64,000 nucleotides of DNA from Chloropicon primus. Taxonomy: Eukaryota. A program made the position numbers and the translations under genes. The stretch lies in NCBI GenBank assembly GCA_023205875.1, contig CP060754.1, positions 62,001-126,000 on the forward strand, read 5' to 3'. Below are positions 48,506 through 59,989 of the stretch, piece after piece (position 1 is the stretch's first letter; the number at the start of each line of letters is the position of its first letter). Below the pieces are notes generated by a model. The model made no database searches. It was not told where the DNA came from and was given only the letters and a program-made list of their open reading frames with translations.

Positions 48506-51500
48506 TCAGGACATCATCTTGGTGCAGAACTTCGCCGCTTCCTCGGTTGGCACACCAAAATCGCTAGGTCTTGTTCCGATTTGCACGGCCACGTCAGCTA
48601 TTTTGCGGTACTCTGTTGGATTTTGTGCGCACGCCGAAGCAATTTCGGCGTTCCACTGCTTGACATTGTCGTACGACACTTTCCACGCCGGGTCCCAGAG
48701 AGGCACTCCCGAGGAAAGCTCGCCCCTGTCGACCTTGGAGTCGTCGATCTCAAAAGTGATTCCGTACGTGTCATGCTTTGCGATGACAGGCAGCGTAGAA
48801 CCTTTTGAGGCTCTGACCTCCTCGATGTGTTGCACTGCCTGCTGCCAAGTCTTGCCCTTGTCTCCGTAGGGACTGGTGGAGAGCACGTTCTCCTCGTCCA
48901 GTTGCAGATCAAACCAGAATGCAAAGGCATTGATGTTCCCGTCGTCTTCGAGCTCAAATTCGATCTCCTTGAAGGCGGGCATCATGTTCTTTTCACTCTC
49001 GTAAAAATCAAACGAGAATACTTCAACTGGCTTTGAGAGAGCAGTCCAGGCTTCCAAACACGACTCGAGCTCGACACCAACGTAATCTGGTCTCCAGCTG
49101 TACCTGTTCAGATGCCGGAAGTCGAAATTCTTGACGCGGTCCTTGCGAATGCAGATCGGCACGCAAAACACCCTTGCAGAGGATGGTATGAGAACCGCGT
49201 TGGGCTGAAGCAGCTTTTGCCTTGCCGAAGCTACCAAGTGCAGTGCCCCCTCGCCAATGAGGCCCGAATCAAAGACCTCATAAATCAGGAGGTCTGCCTT
49301 CCTCTCCATGTCAGGAGGTGTACCATCAGGCTTCCGGAGAACATCCATCCTCCTTGCATCTCTGTTGAGGAAGAGAATCTTGCTTGCGAATCCGTTCATG
49401 ACAACGCATTCTTCCCCGACGTCACACATATGCTGACTCATTTCGACTGAGACGACTTTATCTGCTCCAGCCCTTGCGGCAAGCATCGACAGAAGTCCAG
49501 ACCCGGCACCAACATCAAGGGCTAGTATGTCGGTCTCACCGAATGCCCTCTTGGACTCTATCGCATTCTTGATGGCTCGCTCATACGTGTCATTGCGCTG
49601 CGAGTCAAGAAGCATGTCGTAGTGCCAAGATGGGATACAAGCATGGCGTGGCTTGTTTTGGTAGCCCTCGAGGTCGAAAAGGACCTGGAACTTGTTGTAG
49701 AGGACAGTCAATTCGACGCCCTGCTTTTGCTTCACGGGGTATTCATCAAAATAGTGAACGGCTTGATCCATGGATGATCCTGACTGTGAGACGTCCTCTT
49801 CCCATGTAGACACGTGCTTATTGTTCCCAAACTCGATGTCCATCCAGAAACCAACAGCATTTATGGTGCCCTCTGAGGTGGTCTCCACCCTTACCACGCC
49901 CTCGTGTTCCCATTCTGGAACGTCGTCGGTGCCCTGCTCTTTCTTCGTGGTGTCAGACACAAAGGCGTCGCACCTCGCCTGGAGATCTATCTCGGCAGCC
50001 ACGAACGTGTCCGAGAGCCTTCTGTGCGTTTCAGTTCCTTGGTTGAGCTCCCTGTGGAGGTCCATCTTCTCGTGCACTGGGTGCCAGCGATAAGAATTCA
50101 AGTAGGTGAGGTTGAATCCCGAAATCTCACTGATCCTCAGTTCCAACAACGCCGCTTTCACGTGAATCCGTTGAGGTACAACCCTGACTCCTTGTTTCAG
50201 CAAACGTGACGAGGCAATCTCAAGAGAAGGAAGCAAGTTCATCCCTAGGACTGTGTGATCCATCCACTCCGTGATGAGTATGTCTGCCCTCTCTTCGATG
50301 GTGGAGATCCCCGCTTCCCCCCCTTCGCCGCATTCTCCTTCCTCCCCCTCGACGAAGCAAGACTCTATGGGATTCTCCAACAACCGAATCTTCGTGGCGT
50401 CTAAGCTGTCCTTGTTCTCCTCCAGGGCGAGGCATGCCATCCTGTACAAGCTTTTGCTTTGAAAAACGCAGGTCACCCTTCCCGCTCCAGCCTTTGCGGC
50501 CAGCAATGGAAGGATGCCCGAGCCCGATCCAAGGATCAGCACGTGCGCATTAGGTTGCTCCCCTAGTGCACTCTTGATCGCCTCCTCGTAGCAGTCCAGC
50601 ATCTTCGAGTAGGACAGACTCCTCAGGTCCCTCCTTGGAGCCTCAAGCTCCGAGAGGGCTTTGCAGTAGTTCACAACGGCCTTGACGTAAGGCTTGGATT
50701 CCGCGATCCTCTTGCCCGCCTTCCCGCTCGCCCTGAACCTAGCCCTCGGAAAGAAAGTTGGCCTCCAGTCGTAGTCTTCCATATCAAAGTCTGGGCTCTG
50801 CATCGCTTGCTTGTACTGGTTCATCATCTGCACGTGCACCTCTTTCCTCCTCGCTTCCCGGAGCTTGAGAACCAGGTCCCTGCGGGCCGTCCCCTCCTCC
50901 CTCAACCTCTCTACCTTTGCGCCAGCTTGCATGACGAGGGAATCTTCGTACTTTGCCTTCAGCCTGCCGTTCTCGGGCTCCAGCGCGAGGCCCTCCTTGT
51001 ACGCCTCGGCGGCCTGCCCGTACCTCTCCAGGGCCTCCAACGCGCATCCGAGGCGGTAGTACCCCTTCGCCCACGGCCTCCCTTCGTGCGAGGCGAGGTT
51101 CCGGTGAAATCAAAAGTTTGCAAAGGAGGTCGTGGGTGTCAGTCCTGACCGTTTCAGCCCTCGTGCGGCGTTCCTCCCACTCACCTTGGTCCTTGGAGAG
51201 GACAATGGACTTGGAAGCGTCGAGCACGGCATCGCTGGGCCTGCCGAGGGCCAAGTACGCCGCGCTCCTGTTTCCGAAGAGCGTGAAGTCGTTAGGCGCC
51301 CCGGCCACCGCCTGGCAGTACATCTCCACCGCCCTCTTGTACTCCTTCTTCTTGAAGTGATCGTTCCCGGCCTTCCGGGCTTGGTCCACCACAAACTTCA
51401 CGAGTTCGGGGTCCACGTCATCGATCCTTAGTCCCGCGCTCCTCTCTATCGCCTCCTGCGTCTCCTTACTCACGACCGTCGCGTCCATCATCCCCCCCCT

Positions 51501-51536
51501 CATCCTCATCCCTCCCTCTCCCTCCCTCGCTTCCAT
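48506..51536 (-). CDS. TPR-containing protein arginine methyltransferase with two PRMT modules (PRMT7/PRMT9-like); exons about 51536-51185 and 51081-48506
   Basis: TPR (GNDHFKKKEYKRAVEMYCQA, FGNRSAAY, PWAKGYYRLG after splicing intron 51184-51082); module 2 WHYDMLLDSQRN, LDVGAGSGLLSM, EVFDSGLIGEG, WFDLQLD, WQQAV. Start ATG uncertain (51536 or 51491). Confidence 0.88.
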
Positions 51537-51669
51537 ACCCCCACCCCCGCAACACAACCCCAACTCCCCCTCGACCGTTTTTTAAGCGTTTTCCCTGGAT
51601 CGAGCTGGGGCTGGGCGGGAGATCTCTCTCAAGCTCTTGACTTGAGGGAGGAGGGGGACGACGGGACGG

Positions 51670-52536
51670 ATGGACTGTCTCTGTCTCTCTGGGGCAAGGA
51701 AGGTGATGGAGAGCGTGACGAGGAAGAGGTGGAGGGATAACCTTGCAAGGGGGGGGAGGTGCACGACGACGGCGAGGTATTGCCGCGGGGAAGGGGTGAC
51801 CAGGAGGGAAGGGATCAGGGGCTTGGGCCTTGGATGGGCGTACTTTGCGTTGGCAGAACCAGCGCAGGCGAAGCTGAAGATCCCACGCAGGAAGCCCAGC
51901 GGGTCCTACGAGGAGAGGAAGAGGAGGATCGAGGAGGCCCAGCGGAGGAGGGAGGAGAAGGAGGACGAGGAGGTGGAGGACATGGAGAACGTGGTCACGC
52001 TGCCGTCGGGGGTCCAGTTCAGGGACATCGTGCCGAGCTCGAGGCCGGGAGAGGCCCTCCCTTCCTCTGTGTGCGACATCTGTTTCGTGGTGTACAGGCT
52101 CGCCCCGGGGGCGTACTTCAAGTACAGCAGCGGCGGCACCCCGATTTACATGTTCTCCCAGGGGTACGGGAATGAGGGCAAGGACGACGTCGGCAGCACC
52201 TTCACTTTCACGCTCGGCGACATAAACTCGGTTCCCCTGGCCGTGGCGAACGCCATGGTGGGCATGCGCGAGGGGGGAACGCGCCGGGTTCTCGTTCCCC
52301 CGTACCTTGGGTGGGACACGGGAAGGGATCTGGACCTGGTGCCAGACACCTTTGGGGGCCGTCGAAGGCTGGAGAACCACCGTGGAGAACCACTGCTGGT
52401 CGACGTGGAGCTCGTGAAGGTCAGGAAGGCGGGGAGGGACACGAGGGCGGAGGCCTCCAAGGAGGACTTGGACCAGACTTACTCGTTACCGGCTCAGGAG
52501 CCCTTTCAGCTCCCCCGGCCCCCCACCCCGCTGTGA
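51670..52536 (+). CDS. FKBP-type peptidyl-prolyl isomerase, thylakoid lumen
   Basis: Twin-arginine signal (TRREG...AEPAQA); VTLPSGVQFRDI, GMREGGTRRVLVPPYLGW, LLVDVELVKV. Confidence 0.88.
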   Translation: MDCLCLSGARKVMESVTRKRWRDNLARGGRCTTTARYCRGEGVTRREGIRGLGLGWAYFALAEPAQAKLKIPRRKPSGSYEERKRRIEEAQRRREEKEDEEVEDMENVVTLPSGVQFRDIVPSSRPGEALPSSVCDICFVVYRLAPGAYFKYSSGGTPIYMFSQGYGNEGKDDVGSTFTFTLGDINSVPLAVANAMVGMREGGTRRVLVPPYLGWDTGRDLDLVPDTFGGRRRLENHRGEPLLVDVELVKVRKAGRDTRAEASKEDLDQTYSLPAQEPFQLPRPPTPL

Positions 52537-52691
52537 GGCGACGATAGAGGAGTCCGCAAACGAATCAGGGTTCGGGTGAAAACAGGAAAAGATTTCGTTT
52601 GGTTCATGCTTTGCTGTTGATTGTGTTACATAGATGAAGCAAACCGCCGGTCGCAGGAGGGGGTCCTTGTCCCGCGGCTTCTTCGATCCCC

Positions 52692-53462
52692 TCAGTCCCA
52701 CAGCTTCCCCATAGCTTTCCCCTTCTTGCACTCCTCGATGGCATCCAAAGCAATCTTTAGGGCCTCCTCCTGAAGGTCCTCGATGCTCTTCGACGCGTCA
52801 AGGTAGTTCCAAGAGTCGTTGGAGAGCTTCTCGTAGTTCTTCAAGACTTCCTTCTGGAACTCGGTCTTCTCGTACCGCTCCCCGCCGAAACCTGCCCTCT
52901 TGAGGGTCTCCTCCACTGGCATCTGAAGGTAGATGAGGGCGTCCGGGGCCGGGAGCCCCGCGTCCGTCGACTTGCACCACGCCAGGTCGAGGTTGGGGAC
53001 ATTCTTCGCCGCAGTGAAGGCTGTGCCCGAGTGGCCATACCTATCGATCACAAGCGTGACGCCCGAGTTGATCTTGTCGAGCATGAGATCCCTGCGAAGC
53101 ACAAAGTGGGTCAGAAAGGAGAGCACAAACACACCAGGCCGTACTTGGCTTTCGTTTGGTTTCGATGTCGTCGCAAGCGAAGAGACTCACCTTTTCTCCC
53201 ACCGGTTTGCGGAAAACAGGAGATGTATCGCCGCGTCGTTCATGTCCTCCTTGCTCTGGAGGTACTTGTCTATCATCTGCCCTATCGCAGTGGTTCGGTC
53301 GGGGTACCTCCAAAGCTCTGCCTCGATGCCGCGAGACTGGAGGCTCTGGACGAGAAGCTTGCACTGGGTAGACTTCCCGCACCTGTCCACGCCCTCGAAG
53401 AGGATGAAGGCCCCCCTCCTTATGTTGCCGCTGCTCAGGCCCATCGTCGCTGCTGGCGTCAT
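52692..53462 (-). CDS. TMK: Thymidylate kinase (dTMP kinase); exons 53462-53191 and 53091-52692
   Basis: RGAFILFEGVDRCGKSTQ, HLLFSANRWE, VIDRY, GLPAPD, FGGERYE. Intron 53190-53092 (GTGAGT...CAG). Confidence 0.96.
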
Positions 53463-53807
53463 CCGTCGTGCTGGTGTTTGGTGGTGGTGGTGTCTTCCGA
53501 TTGCGTTCGAACCTCTCCTTCCCCCCCTCTCAACCCTTCCCCTCGTGCACGCCACGGTCCTTGCTCTCGATCCACACCACCTCTGAACCCCCCCCTCACC
53601 TATCGCCCTCCCTCTCTCCGTCGTCCCTCTCTCCTTCCCTCTCTCCTTCCCTCCCTCTTCCTCAATCGTCCCGGCCCCGCCTTTTTGGTTTTGATCCCGG
53701 AGTTTTGTTTGGTTTGGTTAGCGCCAAAAGCAAAACAAGGAAGAGAGGGGCGGCCTGAGTCGGTGGGGAGAGGAGACAGACGAGGAGGGGGGTAGACGTA
53801 GACTGGT

Positions 53808-54959
53808 ATGAGCGGGGAGGTGCGGGAAGGGAAAGAGGCGGAGGGGGCGAGGGGTGGGGTGCGGAACCTTGGTCTGACGAGGGGGGAGGCGAGGAACCTT
53901 GCTCTGGGGGGGAAGTGGAACGAGGTGGTGAGGAGGTTCGAGGAGGTGCTGTCCACGAGTGGGGTCGACGTCGGGCTCGACGAGGAGGGGAGGCCCAGGC
54001 AGGACCTGTGTCTCCTGACGTACTACTTTTGGGCCCTGTTTAGGCTGAGGAGGAACCTCACGATAGCGGAGAAGCTGGGGAACCTCGCGCCCGTGCTGGA
54101 GGTGGCGAGCACCGAGGCGGGGGCGGCGGAGCCCAAGGCCCCCTTCCTGCTCCTGTGGATCCACGCCGAGAACCCCATTCACGCCGGGGACGCGGCCACA
54201 GGCTTGGCCAGGCTCTACGGCCTCCTCCACGCGTCCCGGCTGCTGAGGGACCACTACGAGGAGAAACTTCAGTTCGACGTGGGGAGCGCGGAGGTCGTTC
54301 CCCTGTCGGACCTGGACGCCCCCGGCCCCGAGTCCGCCGCAAGCACCGCGAGCTTGAGGCACGCCTGGGACCGTCGGACGAAGATGGTTCTGTGCGTGAC
54401 CGCGTGCCACCACTGCGGGCTGAAGCAGTACAAGCCCGCCCTGAAGCTCCTTTCGGGCCTGGTCAAGACGGATCCGGACCCCCAATACGTGTCCATGATG
54501 GCGTACGTCCTGCTCCAGCTTGGCGACGTGGCGAGCGCCTCCAAGGTGGCGGAGGCTGTTGGCCCGCCGGAGTCCGCGGAGCAGAAGACCCTGCGCGCCA
54601 ACCTGGAGGGCGTGGTCTCCTTCGCGTCCGGCGACTTCAAGGCCTCCATAGCCAAGTTCCAGGAGGCCACGTCCCACCTTCCCTCGGACCCCGTGTCGAA
54701 CAACAACCTCGCGGTGGGTCACATGTACGCGAGGGACCTGCACGTGAGCATCAAGATCTTGGAGAACAAGCTGGCGGAGGACCACACCCTGGCCCTCCGC
54801 CAGCCCGTGGTCCTGAACCTGTGCTCCATGTACGAGCTCGCCTCGACCAAGTCCAAGGAGAGCAAGCAGACTCTGCACACTTGGATCCTGAAGATGGCTT
54901 CGGACGACTTTGACGTGAGGACGACCAGGCTGGCGTCGTCGTCGTCGCCGTCGTCGTAG
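53808..54959 (+). CDS. TRAPPC12: TPR protein, TRAPPC12-like
   Basis: C-terminal NNNLAVGHMY...SIKILE...VVLNLCSMYEL...ASDDFD resembles TRAPPC12/TTC15. Confidence 0.75.
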   Translation: MSGEVREGKEAEGARGGVRNLGLTRGEARNLALGGKWNEVVRRFEEVLSTSGVDVGLDEEGRPRQDLCLLTYYFWALFRLRRNLTIAEKLGNLAPVLEVASTEAGAAEPKAPFLLLWIHAENPIHAGDAATGLARLYGLLHASRLLRDHYEEKLQFDVGSAEVVPLSDLDAPGPESAASTASLRHAWDRRTKMVLCVTACHHCGLKQYKPALKLLSGLVKTDPDPQYVSMMAYVLLQLGDVASASKVAEAVGPPESAEQKTLRANLEGVVSFASGDFKASIAKFQEATSHLPSDPVSNNNLAVGHMYARDLHVSIKILENKLAEDHTLALRQPVVLNLCSMYELASTKSKESKQTLHTWILKMASDDFDVRTTRLASSSSPSS

Positions 54960-55201
54960 GACGTGTGTGATCCCGGAGGGGTCCCGGTCGGACGACGACG
55001 GACGGCGCGCGAGAGAAAGAAGAGGCAGACAGAAACAGAAAACAGAGAGTGCCCGCGCGCGCGCGCGTGTGTGTCTTGTGGTGCTGTGCCTCTGCCCGGA
55101 ACACGCTCCGCAGCAATTCGTTATATATATGTATGTATACATAAACAATGGGTGTGTCTAATGCTATAATACTTTTTTTTCTTTTGCTTTTTGTCTGTTG
55201 C

Positions 55202-56011
55202 TTAGTTGGGGGTGAACTTGGTGGTGAAGATCTCGGTGAGGCCGTGGACGTGGTTGGGGTCCGCGACGTGCTCCTGCCAGTTCTGGACGGGTCCCTTTCC
55301 GGTGACGATGGCCTGGAAGTAGAACCCGAACATGGAGAACATGGCGAGCCTTCCGTTCTTGATCTCCTTGACCTTGAGCTCGGCGAAGGTGTCCGGGTCG
55401 TCCGCGAGTCCCAATGGGTCGAACCCCGGTCCTCCCGGGTACGTCTTGTCCAGGCCCTGGCAGCCCATCTTGGCCGGCCCCCCGGACTCCCTGTACGACT
55501 CGATGAGGCCCATGGTGATGACCTGCGTCACCAGGACGGCGACGATGCTCTGGGCGTGGATCAGGTTGGAGTTCCCGAGGTAGTCGAGCCCGCCCTCCGA
55601 GTAGATCTGGGCCCCCGCCTTGAACCAGGGGACGTGGTTGGTGGCATCCAGAGCCTCCGGCACGACGCACCCGAGGGCGCCGAGCATGGCCCACCTCCCG
55701 TGGATGACCTCGGTGTTCCTGTACGCCGCGAAGGTCTCCGGGTCCGCGGAGAGCCCGGCCGAGTCCCAGCCGTAGTCCCCGGCGAACTCGCCCTTCAGGT
55801 ACTTGGGCACCGCCTTGTCGGAGAAGGGCCCGAGCCACTTGGGCCTGTCCGGCCCGTACCACTTGCTCTCGCCCTGGTACCCCGAGATGGTCGACCCGAG
55901 CAGGCTGCGGGTGGACGCCCTGGGGACGACGCCGGCCTTCCGAGGCGGGAGGCCCTGGGCGGGCGAGGTGGCGGACGTCACGACGACCACGTTCTTCAGG
56001 GATTGCGCCAT
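55202..56011 (-). CDS. Lhcb: Major light-harvesting chlorophyll a/b-binding protein (LHCII type), intronless copy
   Basis: [68 protein letters not shown]. Confidence 0.97.
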   Translation of the reverse strand: MAQSLKNVVVVTSATSPAQGLPPRKAGVVPRASTRSLLGSTISGYQGESKWYGPDRPKWLGPFSDKAVPKYLKGEFAGDYGWDSAGLSADPETFAAYRNTEVIHGRWAMLGALGCVVPEALDATNHVPWFKAGAQIYSEGGLDYLGNSNLIHAQSIVAVLVTQVITMGLIESYRESGGPAKMGCQGLDKTYPGGPGFDPLGLADDPDTFAELKVKEIKNGRLAMFSMFGFYFQAIVTGKGPVQNWQEHVADPNHVHGLTEIFTTKFTPN

Positions 56012-56509
56012 CGCTCTCTTGCTAAGGTGCTACGCTTGGCCTTGGCCTTGGGTGTTGTGTTCTCTCTCTCGAGGACGAAAGGAAAGGAAAGGAGGAAGAG
56101 CCCCCGAGGCGCAGGAGGGAACCAACAGCAGGAGAGGAAACTGGATAAGGAGCTTCGGTGAGAGAGGTAAAATAATATCTTGATTTTGGACCAATGCTTT
56201 AGTGAGATTTTGTGTTTTGTTTTTTTTTGATTGGCTCCTTGTTCCTCAACACGGGATTTCTACGAGGAGGACGAGCAAAACAAGGAGAGCCGCTCGATCT
56301 CCCTCGCTCCGTGTCAGGATTGTGATCTCCCCCAATCGGGGTTGATTTCCCTTCTTCGGTCCAATGAGACGAGAGCGGAGGTTATCTGGATCCAGATCGA
56401 TCTGCCCAAAAAAAACAGAATCCGACCAAACCTCACAGAATCGCAAGCGACAAGTCGACCAAGGACGAACACACTTGTACCGAAACCCAACCCGAAACAA
56501 CTGAAGACA
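56012..56509. promoter_or_regulatory. Bidirectional promoter of the divergent LHCII pair with CCAAT, I-box and GATC-like motifs
   Basis: GATAAG near 56144; CCAAT near 56191, 56332 and 56361; ATTGG near 56230; clustered GATC at about 56389-56402. Confidence 0.5.
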
Positions 56510-57542
56510 ATGGCTCTTTCCGTCAGAGGACTCCCAAAGCTCTCCGTAAGCACACAACAACACCGCGGTCAACGCCCGGGCCTTGCGGGATGAGGGTTTC
56601 AGGGTTGCGTTGCGTGAAGAAGAAGAAGAAGAAGAATTGTGTGGGGGGGTGATCCCAACAACAACAAACCCACCCAACGACGAAGAAGCAAGCAAACAAG
56701 CACCCCCTCGGTCGTGCCCAATCAATCCTCGCACAATGACTGACAAACCTCTCCTTGCGTCTGCGCCTCCCTCTCTCTCTCTCTCCGTGTTTGTGTTTTG
56801 GGTGGGATCTCACGCCGCAACAAACACTTTCCACCACCAACAGAGCACCAAGGCCTCCAAGGCCTCCCGTGTTGTCACCCGTGCCTCCATGTGGTACGGA
56901 CCCGACAGGGCCAAGTGGCTCGGACCATACTCCGAGAACTCTTGCCCATCTTACTTGAAGGGTGAGTACCCTGGTGACTACGGCTGGGACTCGGCTGGAC
57001 TCTCCGCCGACCCAGAGACCTTCGCCGCCTACAGGGAGTGCGAGCTCATCCACGCCAGGTGGGGAATGCTCGGAGCCCTCGGGTGCGTTGGACCTGAGCT
57101 CACCGGAGACGGAATGGCCCCTAACCCATGGTTCAAGCAGGGAGCCCTCATCTTCTCCGACGGCGGACTCGACTACCTCGGAAACCCTTCCTTGGTCCAC
57201 GCCCAGAGCATCATCGCTGTCTTGGCCTGCCAGGTTGTCCTCATGGGACTCTCCGAGGCCTACAGAGTGAACGGAGGCCCAGCCGGAGAGGGACTCGACA
57301 AGCTCTACCCTGGTGAGAGCTTCGACCCATTGGGACTCGCCGACGACCCAGACACCTTCGCCGAGCTCAAGGTCAAGGAGATCAAGAACGGAAGGCTCGC
57401 CATGTTCTCCATGTTCGGATTCTACGTCCAGGCCATCGTCACCGGAAAGGGACCAGTCCAGAACTGGCAGGAGCACGTTGCCGACCCATGGGCCGTCAAC
57501 GGATTCACCGAGGTCTTCGCCACCAAGTTCACCCCTAACTAA
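56510..57542 (+). CDS. Lhcb: Major light-harvesting chlorophyll a/b-binding protein (LHCII type); exons 56510-56545 and 56844-57542
   Basis: [51 protein letters not shown]; intron 56546-56843 (GTAAGC...CAG). Confidence 0.97.
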
Positions 57543-57882
57543 ATTGAAATATTTTTTTTGAGGCCCTCCCGGTCTCTTTTTTACACGTTTCAATTTTAAG
57601 GAAAATTTTTTTGCCTTTCATAGCAAGCAAACCGCCTTTGGCCTCTCCCTCCCAAACCTCCCCTTCATCCTTCCCCCCTCCCTGAGAGGCTGGGTGATCC
57701 CATATAAAAATCTTCCTCTTCCTCTCTCTTTTCTCCTGCCTGGTCTGCCTGGAGAGACGAGCCGAAGGCAAGGCGTTCGCTCCCGAGGATGAGAAAGGGG
57801 AGGGGGCAGGACCTCGCCTCGAACCAACTTCACACGCCACCACGCGCACACGCGCGGTGAGGTCCTCCCGCGCTGGGTTGCG

Positions 57883-58614
57883 ATGATGATGACGAGGGCG
57901 AGGGGCCCGGGTTGTTCCGGGTGGGGACGGGGCAGGCTCCGCCCCGGGCCGAGGACCAGGACGAGGTGCACGGCCGACTACCCCTACGTGAAACCGGACT
58001 TCGAGCTGGATTGCGACGCGGTCATGGAAATACAACTCGAGGTGAGCAAGGTGGTGGACGCGCGAAGCAGTGAAGCCCACCGCAACGCACCCCCCCAGCA
58101 AAAGCAAGCGGCTCGATCTGAGATCTGAGATCTGACACACGGACGAACTCCTCCCGGTCCGATCACTGACGCGCGCGAACCACGCGCGCAGCACCTTCAG
58201 CGGAACAACGTTCCCTACGTGGACCACGGGATCGAGGTGCTTTACCGTTTCGCGGACATCGACCCGTTTGAGATCCAGGCGACTTACTTCGGAAAAAGGA
58301 TGGACTTGGGCCAGTTCGAGAGGTTCCGAAGGATGATGCACACGAAGCAGTACCGAGCCCTGCTGAACTACAACAGGGCCGTGCTGCTCAGCACCCTTCA
58401 GCTCTCGGAGCACAGGGTGAAGAAACGCTTCATGGTCGAGGGGTTCAGGACCGGCGAGAAGGGCGTGTTCGAGTGGACCCTGACCCAAAAGATCGGGGGC
58501 TTGAAGGACGGCTACTGGTACATCGAGAGCCTGATTAGCGACAAGATCTCCTTCTCGCCGCCGCGGCTCGAGCGGGACGACGGGGGCGACGACAATGAGC
58601 GCCGCGGCGAGTGA
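57883..58614 (+). CDS. Conserved putative plastid protein (DUF4864-like); exons 57883-58041 and 58192-58614
   Basis: Transit peptide. Spliced QLE|HLQRNNVPYVDHGIEVLYRFADIDPF...YFG..MDLGQFERFRR...GYWYIESL; intron 58042-58191 (GTGAGC...CAG). Confidence 0.75.
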
Positions 58615-58735
58615 GGGGCGGGGGTGATGATGCCTCGGATAGCGCCGAGAAGGGAGATCGTGGTGGTGCACGACACGACAGAAGAGGGAACGAGAGCAAT
58701 ACTGTGCGTGTTCCAAAAGCTTTATTTCGGACCTC

Positions 58736-59900
58736 TCAGTGGGCCTTGTGGATGCCCGGAATCTTCAGCTCCTCCCTGTGGCCCAGGAGGTTGGGCTTGA
58801 GCGGCTCGTTCAACGGGTACTGCCCGCAGTCCTCGTGCTGCGTGTTGTCGTGGCCGCAGACCGAGCACTTGATGGCCTCGAGGTTGCCCCAAGCATTAGG
58901 AACCGAGTCGATGTCCCTGTGCCAGGCCCTGCAGTCGCAGTCGCACGCAAGGCACTGGAAGCCGCGGAAAGGCGAGAGAGAGGGATGGTGGAGGACGACG
59001 ATGTGAGTCCCCCGAATTGCTTTTTCTTGTGATGCATTCGCTTTCGCTTACCTTTCCCCTGAGGTAGCCGAAAATATCTACCCTCACGCTCCTACCGCGG
59101 TCCTCCTCGGGCTTCTCCCTCTCGCCGGCAGCGTTGTCCTTCCCCGTGGAGACTCTCCACTTCTCGGCGCACACCCTGCGGGCCTTCTTGTAGCCGGCCA
59201 GCTCCTTCTCGTACCTCTCGACCTTCGCCTTCTCCTGCTCGGCCTTCCGCTTGACCTGATCTTCGAGGGACCCAGGGAACCTGCCTTGCCCCCCAGCCGG
59301 TGGCGCGGCCCTCTCCCTCCCCAGCCTCTCCCTCCTCTCCCGGGCGGCCAGCTCCTCCTTCTCCCTCCTCCTCCTCTGGTTCTCGGCGGATCCCGCGAGC
59401 TTCTTGGCCTGCTCGAGACCGCTCCTGTACTCCTCGTTCGAGGGCTCGAGCGTCAGGGCCGAGCTGTAGGCGTCGACGCTCTCGTCGTACTGCTTGAGGT
59501 AAAAGTGGGCCACTGCCTTCCTCGAGTGGAGCTTGGCCCACTTCGGCTCGATCCTCAGGGCGTACTCGGCGTCGGTCAGAGCTTTGGCGAAGGACTTCAT
59601 CATCGTGTAAGCGGCGCACCTGTTCCCGAGAGCTTTCGCGTTCCCCGGTTCCGCATTGACTGCCCTCGTGTAGTAGTCCACCGCACTCTCGTACGCGCCG
59701 AGCTTGAAGAGCTCGTTCCCTTTCTGCCGGTGCTCCTCGGACCTCTCGGCGCCCGTTTTCCGCCTCCCCTGGGCCTCCCCCGCGGCTCGCGACGCCCACG
59801 CACGCTCCCCCCCTTCCCTCGCCTTCGTCCCAGGCGTCCCTCCCCCCTTGTCGCCCACGCTGAGCATCCCCATCAGACCCTCGAGGTCCACCTGCGCCAT
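58736..59900 (-). CDS. STI1-type TPR protein with a C-terminal Cys/His-rich putative zinc-binding domain; exons 59900-59052 and 58954-58736
   Basis: KGNELFKLGAYESAVDYYTRA, GNRCAAY, PKWAKLHSRKA. Intron 59051-58955 (GTAAGC...CAG) yields RGKCLACDCDCRAW...CSVCGHDNTQH. Confidence 0.8.
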
Positions 59901-59989
59901 CGTGATCGTCGTCTCCTCCTCTCCTCTCACCCCCCCCCCGAGCGTTTCCGTTTCTCTCCCCAGGCCCAGCCGTTTCGGTTCGTGGAGCA

